The notes under the pieces are model-generated. The model had not been told where the DNA came from. It worked only from the letters and a program-made list of their open reading frames with translations, and ran no database searches. A stretch of 64,000 bases of DNA, from assembly GCA_036802405.1 (NCBI GenBank), contig DAIRWG010000002.1:2013-66012 (forward strand). The letters run 5' to 3'. The stretch comes from Alloprevotella sp. (lineage in GTDB: Bacteria > Bacteroidota > Bacteroidia > Bacteroidales > Bacteroidaceae). The position numbers and the translations under genes are program-made. This document shows, one piece after another, positions 60,501-64,000 of this stretch (position 1 is the stretch's first letter; the number at the start of each line of letters is the position of its first letter).

Positions 60501-61997
60501 AGCGCCCAGCAGAATGCCATCACGGGCAAGGGTGCGCAGTTTGGCTTCGTGGCCGAGCATCCGGGCGTTTACGACGTGACGCTTCTGGCTTCCAACGGTG
60601 CTGGCCAGACGGTCAAGACCATCGAACGCGGCCTGACCATCTGCAATGCCGATGCCCAGACGGGACTCAACTTCGGCTACGATGCTGCCCGCGTGACGGC
60701 TGCCAAGGTGCCTTTCATCGAGGGCCTCAACACCTTCACCATCGTCTGGTGGATGCGTCCCACCCGCCTCGCTTCGGCAGGCAACTTCATGGGCGACTCC
60801 AACGAAACCTTCTCCATCCACACCAACGCCAACGGTGCCATGGTGGTGAACATTGCCGGCAAGACGTTCACTACGTCCAACGACTTCGTCACGGCCAACC
60901 AGTGGCACAGCTATGCTGTGGTCATGGGTTCCGGCCAGCTCCGCTTCTACCGCGACGGTGTGCAGTTCCAGTCGGTGGCTTGCGGTGCCACCACCAAGAT
61001 GCCCGCTCTGCAGAAGTTCGTGCTCGGATCGGATGCTGCCCCGATGAGCGGCATCGTGGATGAGTTCAGCGTGTGGAACAAGGCTTTGAGCCTCAGTGCG
61101 CTGAAGGGCTACATCAATGCCCCCATTGCCGATGTGGCCGCTGCCGAAGGCAAGGGCCTGCAGCTCTACTACCAGTTCAACCAGACTTCCGGCAACGTGA
61201 AGGATGCCTCCTCCCACGCCAACGACGGTGCGCGCACCGGCTTCGGTCCCGAGGGCGATGCATGGGTGGATTCGCGTGGCGTGTTCTGCCTCAACTTCTC
61301 CGACAAGAACGTCGACGTGAGCACACGACTGATGAACCGCATCGAGCCCTTCGCCTCCAGCAGCGAAGTGATGAACGACAAGGTGGAAGGACGCTTCCGC
61401 GGCATCAACAGCTGGACTGTTGAAAACGCCAGCGTCAACGGCAATGTGACCACGGGCTGCTATGTCGACGCTTCTTACTCCAACGACATGGCATTCATGA
61501 CCACCAGCAACGGATTTGCCGACGCACTGGCTGACCACAAGGTTTACCAGACCGTCACGCTGCCCGCCGGCGTGTATGTGCTGACGGCCAAGTATGGCAA
61601 CAATCCCGCCCAGTCCGACGGCTGCTACCTCGTGGCTGCCGAAGGCACCGGCCTGCCCAACACGGCCGACCTGGCCACTGCTTCGCTGGGCTTCAAGGCC
61701 CTGGTGAGCAAGGAAGACGGTGCCACGGAGAATTCCGTAGCCTTCTCCTTGCCTGAGCAGGGCACCGTGAGCCTCGGCTTGCTGGTGAACATGGGCAAGG
61801 ATGCCACGCTCACGCTCAAGGAGTTCAAGCTCATCCGCTACACGAACGTCGACGTGAAGGTGCCCGAAGGCATTGCCGACGTGACGGTGGACGGCGTGAA
61901 GACGCACACTATCTACGACATCTGGGGCCGCCGCGTGCTCAATCCCGTGAAGGGAGGCCTCTACGTGATCGACGGCCAGAAGGTGTTCGTGAAGTGA
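57528..61997 (+). CDS. Secreted papain-like (C1) cysteine protease with FN3-like, 2x LamG and PKD domains
   Basis: Signal peptide; NQAGGSCG (Gln/Cys), DHALTIVGYD (His) and NSWG (Asn); LamG WRHIAIV / DEIRIW; PKD GTYTVRLTVT; C-terminal IYDIWGRRV....KGGLYVIDGQKV sorting-type tail. Confidence 0.85.
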   Translation: MKKFLKLSLVGACLLPGAVSAQNVDRTKYPDYSDRVNPDWSLLKPMRKAGAKAEATRPDHYNNADTPYFPPVFNQAGGSCGSASRICYMFSHEMNSFRGTDGRDPHNYYPSHFVWLLTNGNSGKDEFVQHVGVPSAATYGGQTYSSLFGYQEETNNDFGWMTGYEKWHEAMFNRMLKPSNFPISVETEAGREAVKNWLWNHNGDSDFHSGGIVGIGVASGGIWYNIASTPTNDEIGVTGQYYVKAWGQSVDHALTIVGYDDRIEFDLDGNGVYGEKDKDEVGAWIVVNSWGDWCNGGFIYCPYANAGPSFAKNATKPNGYWQPEIYRVRKNYEPKRTIKLRMDYSRRSELYLSAGVSADLNAEEPEMSQAFDHFKYAGDGANGDTNPAPEIPMLGRWADGKLHTEPMEFGYDLTDLSAGYDINKPLKYFFMIDTKSWAQGEGHIYNASIIDYVQDKLGVETPFNTGEGGVSIKNKGNRTIISVVVQGQGIYAPENVAVSDGQLQWTAPNASGNKLTGYKVYENGNLVATLGATATSYDLTSTETTTYAVTAVYGDRESNKVSVVASAPATDNVVTDFKHSGFSIPDIFGTKYENATIEYWIRPNSLVNWNQSAGPGWGTFMFHANADGRLTAGWDTSNRTDASSALAKNTWRHIAIVVKGNRLTIYVNGTQKASINSSKYKGVGGFGALVFSNGSGNNSYQDAQYDEIRIWKTARTATEIKNNYRVEMADAGLPSDLLAYYKGDIINVGGAPMLRDHTTGQHHATLLDVNYENLTSTQPVLQHPSTVSVKINEPSTEVHAGQPVTLTATASAGTEQLTWTAETAGVKSTHAVSPTFTFPTEGQHKVTVVAKGREEAADTAEITLNVLPAVAPDASFSATAFTVPAGERVTFLADHPVVGATYKWEIPGADITEATSANVATSYGKSGTYTVRLTVTSPSGATATSEKQVTVTEVAPQADFTLSSDVAIVGEPVVMNDASKYQPTSWQWNLVSAQQNAITGKGAQFGFVAEHPGVYDVTLLASNGAGQTVKTIERGLTICNADAQTGLNFGYDAARVTAAKVPFIEGLNTFTIVWWMRPTRLASAGNFMGDSNETFSIHTNANGAMVVNIAGKTFTTSNDFVTANQWHSYAVVMGSGQLRFYRDGVQFQSVACGATTKMPALQKFVLGSDAAPMSGIVDEFSVWNKALSLSALKGYINAPIADVAAAEGKGLQLYYQFNQTSGNVKDASSHANDGARTGFGPEGDAWVDSRGVFCLNFSDKNVDVSTRLMNRIEPFASSSEVMNDKVEGRFRGINSWTVENASVNGNVTTGCYVDASYSNDMAFMTTSNGFADALADHKVYQTVTLPAGVYVLTAKYGNNPAQSDGCYLVAAEGTGLPNTADLATASLGFKALVSKEDGATENSVAFSLPEQGTVSLGLLVNMGKDATLTLKEFKLIRYTNVDVKVPEGIADVTVDGVKTHTIYDIWGRRVLNPVKGGLYVIDGQKVFVK

Positions 61998-62061
61998 TGC
62001 CCTACATCTATTAACTCTCCATCGCGGCACCCCCGTGCCGGCGATGAGTGAGTGACCCAAG

Positions 62062-62103
62062 CGAAAAGCCGGGAAGCGATGCTGCTTTCCGGCTTTTTCG
62101 TTT
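62062..62103 (+). terminator. Intrinsic terminator of the cysteine protease gene
   Basis: aaaagccgggaagc / gctttccggctttt stem with a T-tract. Confidence 0.8.
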
Positions 62104-62196
62104 CAGGTGGGTGGTGGCTGCGATTATCTGCAGTTTGTGGGGCGGCACTGCCTGCTTTTTGCTAAATTTGCATCAAAATCAGAAAGTCGGTAACGT

Positions 62197-63783
62197 ATGA
62201 AATATCCTATTGGCATACAGAGCTTTGAGCAAATCGTGGAGGGTGGTTACCTTTACATGGACAAGACGAAGCAGGTATATGACTTGGTGCACAATTCCAC
62301 CATGTGCTTTCTGGGACGGCCGCGGCGTTTCGGAAAGTCGCTGTTGGTGTCCACTTTGGAATGCTATTTCCGTGGCCGGAAAGATCTGTTCAAGGGGCTG
62401 GCTATGGAGGGCTTGGAAACAGAGTGGAAAACGTATCCCGTGTTTCATATCGACTTCAACGGACAGAACTTCACCAAGAGCGGGGAGCTTGAGGCTGCTT
62501 TGCTTGAGTTCGTCGAAAGGAAAGAGCTGACCTATGGCCGTGATCCTTTGGCCGTGACGTTGGGCAGCAGGTTCAGGGCCGTGTTGAGGCGTGCGCATGA
62601 GCAGACCGGACTCCGTGTGGTGGTGCTGGTGGATGAATACGACAAACCTTTGCTCGATGTGCTTGACATGGGCTTGTGCGCGGAAGTCGACGGCGAACGG
62701 CGCTTGCTGGAGGATTGGCACCGGCAGGTGTTGAAGGGGTTTTATGGCGTGTTTAAGGCGGCGGCCGAAGATTTGCGCTTCGTGTTTCTCACGGGTGTCA
62801 CGAAGTTTTCGCAGGTGAGCGTGTTCAGCGATCTCAACCAACTCGACGACATCAGCATGGACGAGCGCTACGAGGCCATTTGCGGCATTACGGAGGAAGA
62901 GCTGCTGGAAGTGCTTGGCGGACCGGTCATAGACATGGCTGTGAAGTGTCGGCTGACAGAGGAGGAAATGAGAAAGAGGTTGAAGCGAAAGTACGACGGC
63001 TATCATTTCAGTCAGGCGATGCTCGATGTGTACAATCCCTTCAGCATACTGAATGCGCTGAGCAAGCAGCAGTTGGCCGATTTCTGGTTTCGGACGGGTT
63101 CGCCTACCTATCTGGTCAGGCTGCTGGCTCTTGGCAACGAAAACCTGAATGAGCTGACGGGCAAGTATTATTCCACGGGAGCCTTCATCGATTATAAGGC
63201 TGACGTGCAATCGCCGCTGCCCATGATTTATCAAAGCGGTTACCTCACGATCAAGGACTATGATTTCGAAACGGATTCTTACCTCTTGGACTTCCCCAAT
63301 GACGAGGTGAAGAATGGCTTCGTAACCATGGTGGCAGCGCATTATTTGAAATCCTCTACGGATGCCGGGGCATGGATACTTGAGGTGGTGAAGGCCATGA
63401 AGATGGGAAATCTTGCGCAACTGAAAAGACTCTTTACCTCATTCCTCGCCAGCATCCCTTACAGCCAGCGACGCAGGGAAAGCGAACGAGAGAAAGAACG
63501 CTATTTCCAATATACGTTTTACCTCATCATGCGTATGATCAGTTCTTATCTCGTCATGGTGGAGAAGGAGCAGAGCGAGGGAAGGGCTGACTGCATCATA
63601 GAGACAAGTAGCGATGTGTATGTGTTTGAATTCAAACTTGACGGTACGGCAGAGGAAGCACTGCAGCAAATAGAAAAGAAAGGGTATGCTCGGGAATATG
63701 GTGCCGACGGGCGTCACATACACAAAATCGGGTGCAGTTTCTCGTCGGCAACGGGCACGATCGCTGAGTGGATGGTGCGGTGA
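62197..63783 (+). CDS. AAA-ATPase-like protein fused to a C-terminal PD-(D/E)XK nuclease domain
   Basis: YPIGIQSF, Y.DKT, Walker A RPRRFGKS, Walker B LVDEYDKP, TGVTKFS, YNPFS and GRAD.....VFEFK...AL.QI..KGY. Confidence 0.92.
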   Translation: MKYPIGIQSFEQIVEGGYLYMDKTKQVYDLVHNSTMCFLGRPRRFGKSLLVSTLECYFRGRKDLFKGLAMEGLETEWKTYPVFHIDFNGQNFTKSGELEAALLEFVERKELTYGRDPLAVTLGSRFRAVLRRAHEQTGLRVVVLVDEYDKPLLDVLDMGLCAEVDGERRLLEDWHRQVLKGFYGVFKAAAEDLRFVFLTGVTKFSQVSVFSDLNQLDDISMDERYEAICGITEEELLEVLGGPVIDMAVKCRLTEEEMRKRLKRKYDGYHFSQAMLDVYNPFSILNALSKQQLADFWFRTGSPTYLVRLLALGNENLNELTGKYYSTGAFIDYKADVQSPLPMIYQSGYLTIKDYDFETDSYLLDFPNDEVKNGFVTMVAAHYLKSSTDAGAWILEVVKAMKMGNLAQLKRLFTSFLASIPYSQRRRESEREKERYFQYTFYLIMRMISSYLVMVEKEQSEGRADCIIETSSDVYVFEFKLDGTAEEALQQIEKKGYAREYGADGRHIHKIGCSFSSATGTIAEWMVR

Positions 63784-63808
63784 ACGGATGCTTCATTGCC
63801 GGAACAAA

Positions 63809-63908
63809 GAACTGCAGCCTTTCTTATGCAAAGATAGTGCAAGGTGAGAGAAAAACGCCAAGCTTGCTTGAGCGTTCTTCCGAACCGCAGCCTATCTTAT
63901 GCAAAGAT
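63809..63908. repeat. 27-bp direct repeat pair enclosing a long bulged hairpin
   Basis: gaactgcagcctttcttatgcaaagat (63809-63835) and gaaccgcagcctatcttatgcaaagat (63882-63908), 2 mismatches. Confidence 0.8.
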
Positions 63909-63950
63909 GCCCGGTGCATCCCCATGAGGCAATGGGGTGCACCGGGCATC
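63906..63950. terminator. Strong hairpin, possible terminator
   Basis: gatgcccggtgca / tgcaccgggcatc perfect 13-bp arms plus an inner cccca/tgggg pair. Confidence 0.6.
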
Positions 63951-64000
63951 GTGTTTCTCACGAATCCGTGGCGGCAGAGATGTCCGGGCCGACAGGATGC

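Overview
GC-rich chromosomal segment from a Bacteroidales organism, probably Prevotellaceae-like. That assignment is inferred from TAnnTTTG promoters, SusC/SusD, T9SS-type C-termini and the metK-hemD-rnpA-yidD-tatD gene order. Most of the window is housekeeping (argB, ribF, dusB, nadB, tyrS, pnp, lgt, ychF, rnpA, metK). It also encodes host-glycan and protein foraging functions (GH92, GH33 sialidase, a SusC/SusD/GH85 locus, M16 and papain-like proteases) and an ArnT-like/GtrA/GtrB surface-glycosylation trio. Four things stand out. (1) An AT-rich 3-gene cassette after pnp is bounded by a perfect 77-bp direct repeat containing the pnp terminator. It encodes a small membrane-anchored HTH regulator, a 19-bp inverted-repeat operator candidate, a glycine-zipper lipoprotein and a small 2-TM protein, making it a candidate toxin/immunity module with no integrase. 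(2) Three copies of a modular non-coding repeat element carry ~47-bp unit arrays and a REP-like hairpin whose loop is flipped in one copy; two copies add a MITE-like second module. (3) A SAM-II-like riboswitch upstream of metK is followed by a terminator-like hairpin. (4) A structured repeat follows an AAA/PD-(D/E)XK gene. No rRNA, tRNA, CRISPR array, transposase or integrase was recognised. All product calls come from motif recognition by eye; no database search was run.
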